64,000 bases of DNA from an uncultured Peptoniphilaceae bacterium (GCA_964346535.1 CAYFUN010000001.1:7593-71592); one strand, 5' to 3'; shown: positions 8,339-17,942, counted from the first letter of the stretch. Notes: generated from the letters alone by a model not told the origin. Program-made: numbers and translations.

Positions 8339-10082
8339 AAAACTAAATATTTCATCTTATGGCCAACTAATAGACAAGGACCTTACTTTTAAAAAAGGCT
8401 TAAATGTAGTCATCGGTCCTAACGAGTCAGGCAAGTCCACTATTAGGTCCTTTATATTTAATTTATTTTTTGGTGGAACTCTTCCAGGATCAACTCGAGC
8501 AGTTTATACAAAGGACTATGACAGGTATGTTCCTTGGAATTCAAACCGCTATGAAGGATCTGCCCTAGTAGAAGATGGAGGAAAAACCTATCACATTTAT
8601 AGAAACTTTAATAAGGGCTTTGAAAAATTTTCAGTTTTTGATGCAGAAACAGGAAGCGACTCCAAAGACCACTTTAATATTGACACAAGTAGAAAGGTCC
8701 AAGCCTTTGATGAAAATTATTTTGGCATTAACGAGTCCAGCTTAAGAGATATTTTTGAAATAACTGACGACCATCAAATGAAAAACAGATTGTCTTATGA
8801 TTTGAAAGATAGAATTGTCAACCACTTTTCTAGCCAGTCTGAAGATATATCTATTGGCCAAGTTATAGAAAATATTGAGACCAAGGCCTATACAAAAGAA
8901 GACAAAAAAGAACTTAAATATCTGACCAGGTCTCTAGAAGATATTAATAGACAAATAAGTTTATCCTATGACAGTGCAGATACTGATGAAATTTTACTAA
9001 AGTCCATGGACCTAGACAGGGAAATAAACAAGCTAAAGGAAGACTTGGAAATTCTAGAAGAAGACCTTGACCAAAGTCTGAGACAAAGACCAGACAAGGA
9101 AAATAGAGCAGAAGAGAGAAGACTTTTATTAGAAAAAATTAATACTGAGGATGAGATTAAAGACCTAGAAGATTCTCTTTCCAGTAAAAGTTTTTTGCAA
9201 ATAATAAATTTTTCTTTTATTTTGCCAGCTTTAATATTTTTTATTTATTTCTTTAAAGCTAAAAGTTTGCAGCTTTTAATAACTGGTCTTGCCTTAACTT
9301 TAATCCTTGGTCTTTTGAGAATATTTTATGGATATTTTAAAAGCAAAAGCCAGGAGAAGACTAAGGCCAAACTTCGAATTCTCTATAACGACTTAGATGG
9401 TCTTATTGAAGCCTTAAAAATTCAAGAAGGATCTAATCTTAATATTGAAGAAGACTCCTTGGCTTTAATTGAAAAAATAAATAAGCTTAAAGACCAAATT
9501 AATGACAAGGCCATTCAAAGGGAAGTATTTTATAGTCAAGTAAAAGAAAGAGACAAGGACTTAGAAAATCTTAGGCTTTTAGACCAAGAGAAAGAAGACA
9601 TTTTAGATAAAATTGCAGACCTAAACTTTAAAAGTCAGATGAAAGACACTGCCATTGAAATTATTTCAAAGCTATCTAAGGTAAAATTTGAAACAGTTTC
9701 TACAAACCTCATTGAAGACTGCTCAGATTTTATTAAAATAATTACTAACAACAAATACAGCAAACTTTTAATAAACGATGACTTAGACCTTTTACTTTTT
9801 GATAACAGCTTACAGAAATTTGTCTATATAGAAGACTTAAGTAAGGCCACAATTGGCCAAGTTTATCTGGCTTATAGGTTGGGATTAATTGTAAACTCAG
9901 GAGTAGATTTTCCAATAATTATTGATGATGGCTTTTCTCTATATGATATGGATAGAAATGAGGCTAGTTTAAAACTTTTGGAAAAACTTTCTGAAGACTA
10001 TCAAATTATTTTGTTTACAAGTAATACAAGGGATTTAATTTTAGATCCAGCAAATATAAATATTATAAAATTATGGAGTTAA
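8328..10082 (+). CDS. Rad50/SbcC-like (YhaN/SbcE-like) AAA ATPase with coiled coils and a central two-helix membrane hairpin
   Basis: Walker A GPNESGKST; signature-like LSKATIGQVYLAYRL; Walker B PIIIDDGFS. Charged heptad-rich arms flank two hydrophobic stretches. AGGTGA SD before ATG 8328, which overlaps the upstream gene by 11 nt. Confidence 0.75.
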   Translation: MKIKKLNISSYGQLIDKDLTFKKGLNVVIGPNESGKSTIRSFIFNLFFGGTLPGSTRAVYTKDYDRYVPWNSNRYEGSALVEDGGKTYHIYRNFNKGFEKFSVFDAETGSDSKDHFNIDTSRKVQAFDENYFGINESSLRDIFEITDDHQMKNRLSYDLKDRIVNHFSSQSEDISIGQVIENIETKAYTKEDKKELKYLTRSLEDINRQISLSYDSADTDEILLKSMDLDREINKLKEDLEILEEDLDQSLRQRPDKENRAEERRLLLEKINTEDEIKDLEDSLSSKSFLQIINFSFILPALIFFIYFFKAKSLQLLITGLALTLILGLLRIFYGYFKSKSQEKTKAKLRILYNDLDGLIEALKIQEGSNLNIEEDSLALIEKINKLKDQINDKAIQREVFYSQVKERDKDLENLRLLDQEKEDILDKIADLNFKSQMKDTAIEIISKLSKVKFETVSTNLIEDCSDFIKIITNNKYSKLLINDDLDLLLFDNSLQKFVYIEDLSKATIGQVYLAYRLGLIVNSGVDFPIIIDDGFSLYDMDRNEASLKLLEKLSEDYQIILFTSNTRDLILDPANINIIKLWS

Positions 10083-10084
10083 AT

Positions 10085-10771
10085 ATGATTTGGGCAATTG
10101 GAGACACTCACTTTGACCATACTAAAGACAAGTCCATGGATATTTTTGGTGACAACTGGAAGGATCACGACCAAAAGATAATAGATTTTTGGAAGGAAAA
10201 TGTAAAAGAAGACGATTTAGTCCTTTTAGTTGGGGACATATCTTGGGCTTTAAAACTTGAAGAGGCCCTTGTTGACCTAAAGATGATTGATGATCTGCCA
10301 GGTATTAAGTGCATAATAAAAGGCAACCACGACTATTGGTGGTCAACAAAAAACAAACTAGAGGGACTGGGACTTAAGACCATTCACTTTCTACACAACG
10401 ACGCCTTTGTCTATAAGGACTATGTCATTGCAGGCTCAAGAGGCTGGATGGCAAGAGACAGTGAAGACTTTTCTACAGAAGATGAAAAAATTTTTAACAG
10501 AGAATTAGGAAGATTAGATTTATCTTTAAAGGCAGCAAGGGGCCAAGAGGGCAAAAAGAGAATTTGTCTGATCCACTATCCACCCTTTAATTCAAAAAAA
10601 GAGCCTAATGAGTTTTTGAACTTAATGACTAAACACGATATTTCCCTTTGCCTCTATGGCCACCTTCATGGTCCAGGTCATGTTATGGTTAGCGAAGGAA
10701 ATTTTTTAGGCGTAGATGTAAAATGTGTTTCAAGTGACTATGTAGACTTTAAATTGCAAAAGATAGACTAA
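10085..10771 (+). CDS. Calcineurin-like metallophosphoesterase (about 230 aa, predicted phosphohydrolase)
   Basis: Motifs IGDTHF, VGDISW, KGNHDYWW, LIHYPP, YGHLHG. GGAG SD before ATG 10085. The ORF-track start at 10073 overlaps the ATPase gene. Confidence 0.75.
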   Translation: MIWAIGDTHFDHTKDKSMDIFGDNWKDHDQKIIDFWKENVKEDDLVLLVGDISWALKLEEALVDLKMIDDLPGIKCIIKGNHDYWWSTKNKLEGLGLKTIHFLHNDAFVYKDYVIAGSRGWMARDSEDFSTEDEKIFNRELGRLDLSLKAARGQEGKKRICLIHYPPFNSKKEPNEFLNLMTKHDISLCLYGHLHGPGHVMVSEGNFLGVDVKCVSSDYVDFKLQKID

Positions 10772-10790
10772 CATTAAATTTTTCAAAATC

Positions 10791-10819
10791 TCACTAATAA
10801 TGGTTTTTTGTGATATAAT
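10791..10819 (+). promoter_or_regulatory. Candidate extended -10 promoter for ppsA
   Basis: TGaTATAAT at 10811-10819, about 30 nt upstream of the GAAAGGAGA SD and ATG. The -35 (TCACTA) is weak. Confidence 0.5.
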
Positions 10820-10849
10820 TTTTTTAGAGGACTATGAAAGGAGACTAGC

Positions 10850-13186
10850 ATGTCAAAGTATAGGTATATTAGAAAATTTAATGAAGTAGGTAAAGATGAT
10901 ATAGGCCTAGTTGGAGGCAAGGGTGCAAATTTAGGAGAAATGACCCAAATGGGTTTAGATGTTCCACCAGGATTTTGTGTTACATCAAATGCATACAATT
11001 ATTTTATTGAATATACTAATTTAGATGAAACTGTAAAAGTCTTGTTAGAAAGATTAGATGTAGACAATCCAGATTCATTAACCCAAGTTAGTGAAAAACT
11101 ACAGGCTAAACTTAATGAAAGTAGAATTCCAGAAGACTTAGAGGCAGAAATTAGAGCTGCCTATAGTGAATTTTCTAAAGATGTAAACTTAGAAAATCCA
11201 CAAGTTGCAGTTAGATCGTCTGCCACAGCTGAAGACCTTCCAGATGCGTCTTTTGCTGGCCAACAAGACACTTACTTACACATAGCAGGAGAAGAAGAGC
11301 TACTAAAGCATATTAGAATGTGCTGGGCATCTCTTTGGACTGCAAGGGCAATCTATTATAGGGAAAAACAAAAATTCGACCACTTTGACGTAGCTCTAAG
11401 TGTAGTAGTTCAAAAAATGGTCAACAGTGAAAAATCTGGAGTTATGTTTACTGCAAATCCTATTTCTCAAAACATTGATGAGATGATGATTAACGCATCT
11501 TATGGTTTAGGCGAAGCGGTTGTATCAGGCATGGTTACACCAGACGAATATATAATAAATAAAAATACCAAAGAAATTATAGAAACCACAATTTCTGAAA
11601 AAAATGTAATGGTAATTAAGGCTGATGATGGCATAGGAACAAGAACTGTAAATGTAGCAGATTATTTAGGCAATGACGCTGTTAAAAATGAATGTCTAAG
11701 CACAAATGAATTAAATAAATTAATTGACTATGGCCTAAAAATTGAAAAAGCCTACAACAATATCCAAGACATTGAGTGGGGAATTGATGAAGATACCAAT
11801 GACCTTTATATCCTTCAATCTAGACCAATAACTACAATTAAGCCAGATGAAAAAGAAGAGCTTATTGTACTGGCCAAAGGTCTAGCAGCATCACCAGGAC
11901 TTGGCAGAGGCAAGGTTAGAATAGTAGAGGACCTAAATAATATTAACCAAGTTAAAGACGGCGATGTACTAATAACAGGAATGACAAATCCTGACATGGT
12001 TCCAGCAATGAGAAAGTGTGCAGCAGTTGTTACTGAAGAAGGCGGAAGAACCTGCCACGCTGCTATAGTTTCTCGTGAGCTAGGTATTCCATGTATAGTT
12101 GGAGCAAAGAACGCCATGAAAAACCTTAAAGAAGGTCAATTTGTAACAGTTGACTCAACTAGGGGAGTTGTTTATGACGGCAATGTTCTAAATAAAAAAG
12201 TTGAAGACCATAAAAAAGAAGAAGGCTCTGCTAACTTAGTTATGACCCAAGAACTAAAAACACTTTTGGCTCCAGTTACTGCAACAAAAATCTATATGAA
12301 CCTAGGTCAACCAGACCTAATTGAAAAACACAAACACCTACCATTTGATGGAATTGGCCTAATGAGAACAGAATTTATTTTTACAAACATGATTGGCGTT
12401 CATCCAATGTATCTTGTAAAAACTGGCCAAACTGACCTAATGGTTGACAAGTTAGTTGAAGGAATTTATCAAGTAGCATCAGCTATTTATCCAAAACAAC
12501 TTACAGTTAGACTTTCTGACTTTAGAACCAATGAATACAGGGGCCTAAAAGGTGGAGAAGAAGTAGAACCAATTGAACAAAACCCAATGATAGGTTGGAG
12601 GGGCGTTTCTAGATATATTTCTCCAGAATACGAACAAGGCTTTAGACTAGAATGTCAAGCAATTAGAAAAGTTCGTGAAGAACACGGCCTAAAAAATGTT
12701 GTAGTAATGCTACCATTTGTTAGAACTCCAGAAGAACTTATTCATGCTAAGAGCATAATGGCTGAAGAAGGTCTAGTTCAAGGTGTAGACTTTAAACTTT
12801 GGATTATGGCAGAAGTTCCATCAGTTGTAATGCAAGCTGAAGAATTCGCCCAACTTGTTGACGGCTTTTCAATAGGATCTAACGATCTTACCCAATTAAT
12901 TATGGGCTCAGATAGAGACTCAGAAAAGCTTAATAACATGGGCTACTTTGATGAGAGAAATGAAGCTGTAAAAAGAGCTGTAAAGATTTTAATTAATGCA
13001 GCAAAAAAATATGGCAAGACTTGTTCAATTTGTGGCCAAGGCCCATCTCAATATCCAGAGTTTGCAGAATTTTTAGTAGAAAATGGAATTACTTCAATTT
13101 CTGTAAATCCAGATACTGTTGAATACACTAGAAGAGTTGTTGCCCAAGTAGAACAAAAATTAATTTTAAATTCAATTAAAAAATAA
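10850..13186 (+). CDS. ppsA: Phosphoenolpyruvate synthase (pyruvate, water dikinase)
   Basis: N-terminal GLVGGKGANLGEM, phospho-histidine loop GGRTCHAAIVSRELGIPCIVG and a C-terminal PEP-utilising TIM domain. The 778-aa length fits PpsA rather than PPDK. Confidence 0.85.
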   Translation: MSKYRYIRKFNEVGKDDIGLVGGKGANLGEMTQMGLDVPPGFCVTSNAYNYFIEYTNLDETVKVLLERLDVDNPDSLTQVSEKLQAKLNESRIPEDLEAEIRAAYSEFSKDVNLENPQVAVRSSATAEDLPDASFAGQQDTYLHIAGEEELLKHIRMCWASLWTARAIYYREKQKFDHFDVALSVVVQKMVNSEKSGVMFTANPISQNIDEMMINASYGLGEAVVSGMVTPDEYIINKNTKEIIETTISEKNVMVIKADDGIGTRTVNVADYLGNDAVKNECLSTNELNKLIDYGLKIEKAYNNIQDIEWGIDEDTNDLYILQSRPITTIKPDEKEELIVLAKGLAASPGLGRGKVRIVEDLNNINQVKDGDVLITGMTNPDMVPAMRKCAAVVTEEGGRTCHAAIVSRELGIPCIVGAKNAMKNLKEGQFVTVDSTRGVVYDGNVLNKKVEDHKKEEGSANLVMTQELKTLLAPVTATKIYMNLGQPDLIEKHKHLPFDGIGLMRTEFIFTNMIGVHPMYLVKTGQTDLMVDKLVEGIYQVASAIYPKQLTVRLSDFRTNEYRGLKGGEEVEPIEQNPMIGWRGVSRYISPEYEQGFRLECQAIRKVREEHGLKNVVVMLPFVRTPEELIHAKSIMAEEGLVQGVDFKLWIMAEVPSVVMQAEEFAQLVDGFSIGSNDLTQLIMGSDRDSEKLNNMGYFDERNEAVKRAVKILINAAKKYGKTCSICGQGPSQYPEFAEFLVENGITSISVNPDTVEYTRRVVAQVEQKLILNSIKK

Positions 13187-13193
13187 ATGAACT

Positions 13194-13226
13194 TTAGGCT
13201 GTCTTTATAGATGGCCTAATTTTTTT
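13194..13226 (+). terminator. Rho-independent terminator after ppsA
   Basis: TTAGGC...GCCTAA stem followed by TTTTTTT. Confidence 0.75.
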
Positions 13227-13286
13227 GAAAAATTTTAGATGATAAAAACAAATTTAAATTTATTGGAAGATATTTTTAGCTTATAA

Positions 13287-13324
13287 AATAAAAAATGGCC
13301 TAGGTCATAATTGATCTAGTCCAT
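13287..13324 (-). terminator. Rho-independent terminator after the alaX-like gene
   Basis: Imperfect 12-bp stem (ATGGACTAGATC / GACCTAGGCCAT on the - strand) followed by a T-run on the - strand. Confidence 0.65.
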
Positions 13325-13330
13325 TTTTCT

Positions 13331-14521
13331 TTAAAGCAATTTTTCTAATTCTTCGTTAAAGAATTTTAAAACTCCGTCTTTATCCTTGCTTATAATTAAA
13401 CCTTGTAAAAACTTTTCTGATCCGCCAGCTTTGACAGTAAATTTTTCGTCTAATCTTTCTTTAATCTTTTTCAAGTCTGACTTTAGCTTTCCATTTACAC
13501 TTATAGAAAAGTTACAAATTTCATTTTCATATTTATATAGGGCCAAGATAATATTTTCATTTTCAAGTTTTTTCACCAGCAAATTCACTTGAGAAAAATC
13601 AAGGTCATCAAAGATTCCAGAATAAAAGTTTTTTGGGTTTGTACCTGCTTGCTTAAGTAATTTAGCAGCATACAAGTCTAAGTAAGAAGACTTTAATCTG
13701 CCAAAGGCCTCTTCCAGACTTTGATTTTTTTCTTTAAAGCTTGTATATTTTTCTAGAAGATTGTTTGTATTTGCAGATAGGTCCTTAGAAATATTTTTAT
13801 AGATTTTATCCTTAACCCTATAATCTTCTAGGGCATCTCTTCCAACTTTGACAAAAACTCTTAGCTTGCCATTTTGTTTGGCCCAGTCTACTATTTTTAT
13901 AAGTCCTAATTCTCCGGTTCTTGACACATGGGTTCCTCCACAAGGGGAGTAGTCAAAGCCGTCAATTTCTATTATCCTTAAATCTTTTTCAACCTTAGGT
14001 TCTCGTCTAAGAGGAAGATTTTCTAGTTCTTTATCACTAGGGAAGTAGGCCTTCACTTCAAGGTTATTTTGTATTATAAAATTTGCCAGGTCTTCAACTT
14101 CCTTAATTTGTCTTTCTTCTATATCTTCTGTATCAAAATCAATAGTGATATGGTCATCAGATGCATGAAAGCTAAGGGTGTCTATGGCATAGAGCCTATA
14201 AAAACATGCAGATACTAAGTGCTGGCAAGTGTGTTCTTGCATAATGTGAAGTCTATTTTCCCAATTGATTTTCAAAAGTACAGAGTCCGAATCAATTCTA
14301 TTTTTTACTACATGATAAATCCTAGAATTTTTTTCATAGGATTTTATAAGGTCCTTGCCATTTATTGTTCCTATATCACCTTTTTGGCCACCAAGGCCTG
14401 CAGGATAAAAAATTGTCTTGTCTAATAAAATATGGTAGTTGTCGTCAATTTTTTCAGCTGAAATAATATTAGCTTGGATTTCTGTTAGATATTGGTTAAA
14501 AATATATAGTCTGTCTTTCAT
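13331..14521 (-). CDS. Alanyl-tRNA editing protein, AlaX-L type (AlaRS editing domain plus C-terminal DHHA1-like domain)
   Basis: Zinc/editing motifs HTCQHL and SPCGGTH. The N-terminal region resembles the AlaRS second additional domain. Confidence 0.8.
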   Translation of the reverse strand: MKDRLYIFNQYLTEIQANIISAEKIDDNYHILLDKTIFYPAGLGGQKGDIGTINGKDLIKSYEKNSRIYHVVKNRIDSDSVLLKINWENRLHIMQEHTCQHLVSACFYRLYAIDTLSFHASDDHITIDFDTEDIEERQIKEVEDLANFIIQNNLEVKAYFPSDKELENLPLRREPKVEKDLRIIEIDGFDYSPCGGTHVSRTGELGLIKIVDWAKQNGKLRVFVKVGRDALEDYRVKDKIYKNISKDLSANTNNLLEKYTSFKEKNQSLEEAFGRLKSSYLDLYAAKLLKQAGTNPKNFYSGIFDDLDFSQVNLLVKKLENENIILALYKYENEICNFSISVNGKLKSDLKKIKERLDEKFTVKAGGSEKFLQGLIISKDKDGVLKFFNEELEKLL

Positions 14522-14556
14522 AGTATCACCAAGATAATTTTACCATAAAAGACTTA

Positions 14557-14585
14557 TATTAGCAGCCAAATAAATATGATATAAT
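14557..14585 (+). promoter_or_regulatory. Candidate extended -10 promoter abutting the comEC start codon (possible leaderless mRNA)
   Basis: TGaTATAAT at 14577-14585. ATG 14592 lies only 6 nt downstream, and no SD is present. Confidence 0.4.
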
Positions 14586-14591
14586 TTAGCT

Positions 14592-16907
14592 ATGGAGAGA
14601 AATATATTTTTTACTTTACTAGGTCTTATTTTGGCCACAGTAATTTATAATCTTTTTAACATAAACATCTTATTTTTATATATTTTGCTAATAAGCATTT
14701 TTACTTTTACTAGCTTTGACAAGAGCAGCAAGTTTTTATTATTAGCTGGCTTTGTAATTCTTATTAATATTTTCTTAGGCAGGGCAGGAGCCAAGTTTTA
14801 TGAGCCTGGGACTATTTTGTCTGTTGATGGCCAAGTTGTAGACCTTAAAGACTATGACCAAGGCTATAAGAGAATTTTAGTCAAAGACAAGTCTAAGAAA
14901 AAGTTTTATATTGGCGGCAAAAACCTAGAGGATATAAGTAAGGGAGATTATGTTAGAGCTGAAATTGAAATTACAGAGATTAGTGAAAACAAAAATTTTA
15001 ATCTGCCATCTATAAGGTCTTATTACCAAAGAGAAAATATTTGGGGATCTGCAAAGGCCCTGGCACTTACAAAATATGAAAACACAAAATTCTTATCATC
15101 AAGTAAATATAGATTACTTAAAAAAATAGACCAGTCAATTGAAGAAAACTTATCTGCTGACAACTCTCCTATAATTAAAAAACTAGTCTTAGCTGACTCA
15201 AGTTCCTTAGGCAAAGATACCCGCCAGGCTTATTCAGATGCAGGCCTAGCACACTTACTGGCAATTTCTGGTCTTCACATATACATAATAATATTCTGCC
15301 TAGACTTGCTGTTAAAGAAAGTAAATTTATCCTATAATCTTAGGTTTTCTTTTATTATTGTAGTCTTAACTTTTTATGCCTATATTTTAGATTTTACCCC
15401 TTCTGTTTCAAGAGCTATTTTAATGTATGCCTTAAAGGGGGTTTTTGAAATTAGCAATAGAAAAGTTTCTAATCTTTCGGTAGTTTTTATTTCTCTAATA
15501 ATAATTTTAAGTCTAAAACCTATGGCGATTTTCGACCTAGGCCTTCAGCTTTCGTATTTGTCTGTCCTTGGAATTTTAATATTAAATCCTAGATTAAATC
15601 CAAAAAGACAAGAGGGCATTTATGGTTTATTCACTCTTTATGCCAGTGTAAATATAATGATTTTACCCCTACTAATTTATAATTTTAATAACTTTAACAT
15701 TTTTTCCTTTTTTATAAACTTACTTATAAGTCCAGTAATTATTTTTATTTTAATTTTATCCTACCTGGCTATTCTTTTAGATTTGATTTTTTCTTTGAAC
15801 TTTCTTTATCTATTTATCGATCAAATACTTACAGCTAGCAACTTTTACTTGCAGGTATTTTTAGAAAAATTTGATTTCTATTTGAGGCTTTATCAACCAA
15901 GTCTAGGCCAAGTATTTTTATACTACCTATCCTTGTTTCTTCTTCTAAAAAAATCTCTGCATAAAAAAATTTACCAGTACAGGGTCATAGGCTATTGTAT
16001 TTTCACCCTAGGTCTTTGTATAAATTTTTATAACTTACTAAATCCAAAATTGCTTGTTGGATTTTTTGACGTTGGCCAAGGGGACTCGGCTTACTTGTCC
16101 TATAAAAATACTTATATTCAAATTGATACAGGCGGATCAACTTATTCATCATACAATCCAGGTATTGAAGTTACGAGGAAGGCCATAAAAAAACGTGGCA
16201 TTAGAAAAATTGACCTTCTTATCCTAAGTCACTTTGATGCTGACCATGTTCTTGGGACTAAAAGTTTAATAGAAGATGGCCTAGTCAAGGCACTTTTAAT
16301 AAATGGGCCAGAAGAAGACAATGTCATTTATAAAGACATTATGGCAACTGGTGTAAAACCTTTTTATCCTAAAGAAAAATTATTTATTGACAAGGACTTT
16401 TACTTGGAGTTTTTAAATACTGATATAGAAAATATTAGAGAATCAAATGACAGGTCGCTAGTAGTCCTTGCTAACTACAAGGGGAAGAGAATACTTTTTA
16501 CTGGAGATATTGGCGAAAATGTAGAGAGAAAACTAAAAGGTAGCTTTGGACCAGTTGATATTCTAAAAGTTTCCCACCACGGGTCAAAGTATTCTTCAAC
16601 AAGAGATTTTTTAAAAGAGACTAGGCCAGCTTATGCAATAATTTCTGTTGGCGCAAAAAACTCATATGGGCATCCTGATCCAGATGTTTTGAAAAATCTA
16701 TCTTATGTAAAGGCAAAAATTTTAAGGACAGACCAAGTAGGGGAGATTGTCTTTGAAATAGGTAATGAAATTAGCTACACTACAGCAGGATCTAAGAAGA
16801 TTAGCATATTTGCTTATGAAAGATTGGGAATTTTTGTTATAATATTTCTAGGCAGTCTTTATTATATAAAAGAAAAAGAGGCAGACAATGATTTACAAAG
16901 ATTTTAA
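14592..16907 (+). CDS. comEC: DNA internalisation competence protein ComEC/Rec2
   Basis: Polytopic membrane core (AGLAHLLAISGLHI) plus a C-terminal metallo-beta-lactamase domain (FFDVGQGDS, HFDADH, SHHGS). comEC-holA synteny. Confidence 0.9.
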   Translation: MERNIFFTLLGLILATVIYNLFNINILFLYILLISIFTFTSFDKSSKFLLLAGFVILINIFLGRAGAKFYEPGTILSVDGQVVDLKDYDQGYKRILVKDKSKKKFYIGGKNLEDISKGDYVRAEIEITEISENKNFNLPSIRSYYQRENIWGSAKALALTKYENTKFLSSSKYRLLKKIDQSIEENLSADNSPIIKKLVLADSSSLGKDTRQAYSDAGLAHLLAISGLHIYIIIFCLDLLLKKVNLSYNLRFSFIIVVLTFYAYILDFTPSVSRAILMYALKGVFEISNRKVSNLSVVFISLIIILSLKPMAIFDLGLQLSYLSVLGILILNPRLNPKRQEGIYGLFTLYASVNIMILPLLIYNFNNFNIFSFFINLLISPVIIFILILSYLAILLDLIFSLNFLYLFIDQILTASNFYLQVFLEKFDFYLRLYQPSLGQVFLYYLSLFLLLKKSLHKKIYQYRVIGYCIFTLGLCINFYNLLNPKLLVGFFDVGQGDSAYLSYKNTYIQIDTGGSTYSSYNPGIEVTRKAIKKRGIRKIDLLILSHFDADHVLGTKSLIEDGLVKALLINGPEEDNVIYKDIMATGVKPFYPKEKLFIDKDFYLEFLNTDIENIRESNDRSLVVLANYKGKRILFTGDIGENVERKLKGSFGPVDILKVSHHGSKYSSTRDFLKETRPAYAIISVGAKNSYGHPDPDVLKNLSYVKAKILRTDQVGEIVFEIGNEISYTTAGSKKISIFAYERLGIFVIIFLGSLYYIKEKEADNDLQRF

Positions 16908-17907
16908 AAATATATTGACAAGTAAAAAGCTAGGAGGAGCCTATTTATTTTTAGGCTATGAAGCCCTAGCTATAGAGAGAACTATTGATTACATTATAAA
17001 AACCTATATTGATGGGCCCTTTAAGGACCTAAACTTCACCCACGTTCACGGTTCAACTATTGATATAAAAAATTTTTATGCCTATATAGAAACTCTTCCC
17101 TTTATGGCAGATAAAAGGCTGGTATTAATTGATGAGCTAGGACCAATGCTACAAAAAATTGACCTTAGCCAAGACCTTTTAGACAGCTTAGAAAATTTAA
17201 GCGAAGATACTATAGTAATTTTTCACGACTCAGACCAAGAACTAAAAAAGACAACTAAGTTTTATAAGTTTTTTAAAAAGATAAATCGAGTAGTTGAATT
17301 TGAAAAGTTTTCTAATATTGAAGTTAGAAATTTTATAAAAAAAGAATTTAACTCTAAGGGCAAGAAAATAAGAGATGACGACTTGTCTTATTTTTTAATG
17401 CTAACAGGTTATTTAAATAAAAAAATTGAAAAAAATCTCTATGACCTAGTAAGCGAAATTGACAAGGTAGTTTTTTATAGCGATGGAAGCCAAATTACAA
17501 GGGCAGACATAGACAAGATAGTTGAAAAGTCTAAGGATTCAAATATATTTAATCTCTTAGATTCACTGGCAGACAAAAATTCGAAAGCAGCAATAAATTA
17601 CTTACATGACTTGTATGAAAAAAACGAGTCTATGCCAGGCATTCTCTATATGATTCAAAGAAGGTATAGCCATTTTTATCAATATGTATCCCTATTTGAA
17701 ATGAAAAAATCAGATGCATTTATAAGGGCAACTATAGGGATTTCTGATTTTGAATACAAGGTAATTCAAAGGTCTTCAAGAAGTTTTACAACTTGCAAAC
17801 TTCGAGAGAACTTAGACCTTATTTTACAAACAGACAAGAGGTTAAAGTCAACTTCTTATTCTGACTTATTTTTAATGGAATATCTTTTAGTAAGTCTTTG
17901 TAAGTAG
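16888..17907 (+). CDS. holA: DNA polymerase III subunit delta
   Basis: Size, the conserved comEC-holA-(rpsT)-lepA position, and a delta-like N-terminus (YLFLGYE). Sequence-level motifs are weak. Confidence 0.7.
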   Translation: MIYKDFKNILTSKKLGGAYLFLGYEALAIERTIDYIIKTYIDGPFKDLNFTHVHGSTIDIKNFYAYIETLPFMADKRLVLIDELGPMLQKIDLSQDLLDSLENLSEDTIVIFHDSDQELKKTTKFYKFFKKINRVVEFEKFSNIEVRNFIKKEFNSKGKKIRDDDLSYFLMLTGYLNKKIEKNLYDLVSEIDKVVFYSDGSQITRADIDKIVEKSKDSNIFNLLDSLADKNSKAAINYLHDLYEKNESMPGILYMIQRRYSHFYQYVSLFEMKKSDAFIRATIGISDFEYKVIQRSSRSFTTCKLRENLDLILQTDKRLKSTSYSDLFLMEYLLVSLCK

Positions 17908-17911
17908 CAAT

Positions 17912-17942
17912 AAAAAAATCCCCTAGCTTAGGGGATTTAATT
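17912..17942. terminator. Bidirectional terminator between holA and rpsT
   Basis: AAATCCCCT-AGCTT-AGGGGATTT, flanked by an A-run and a T-run. Confidence 0.85.

Noticed and set aside
10783-10998. 71-aa minus-strand ORF spanning the ppsA promoter and start.
   Set aside because: It overlaps the ppsA 5' end and its SD/promoter. It has no SD of its own and no recognisable motif.
10850-13186. Alternative call as pyruvate phosphate dikinase (PPDK).
   Set aside because: The length (778 aa) and the GGRTCHAAIVSRELG phospho-His loop fit PEP synthase. PPDK is about 875 aa with a GGMTSHAAVVAR-type loop.
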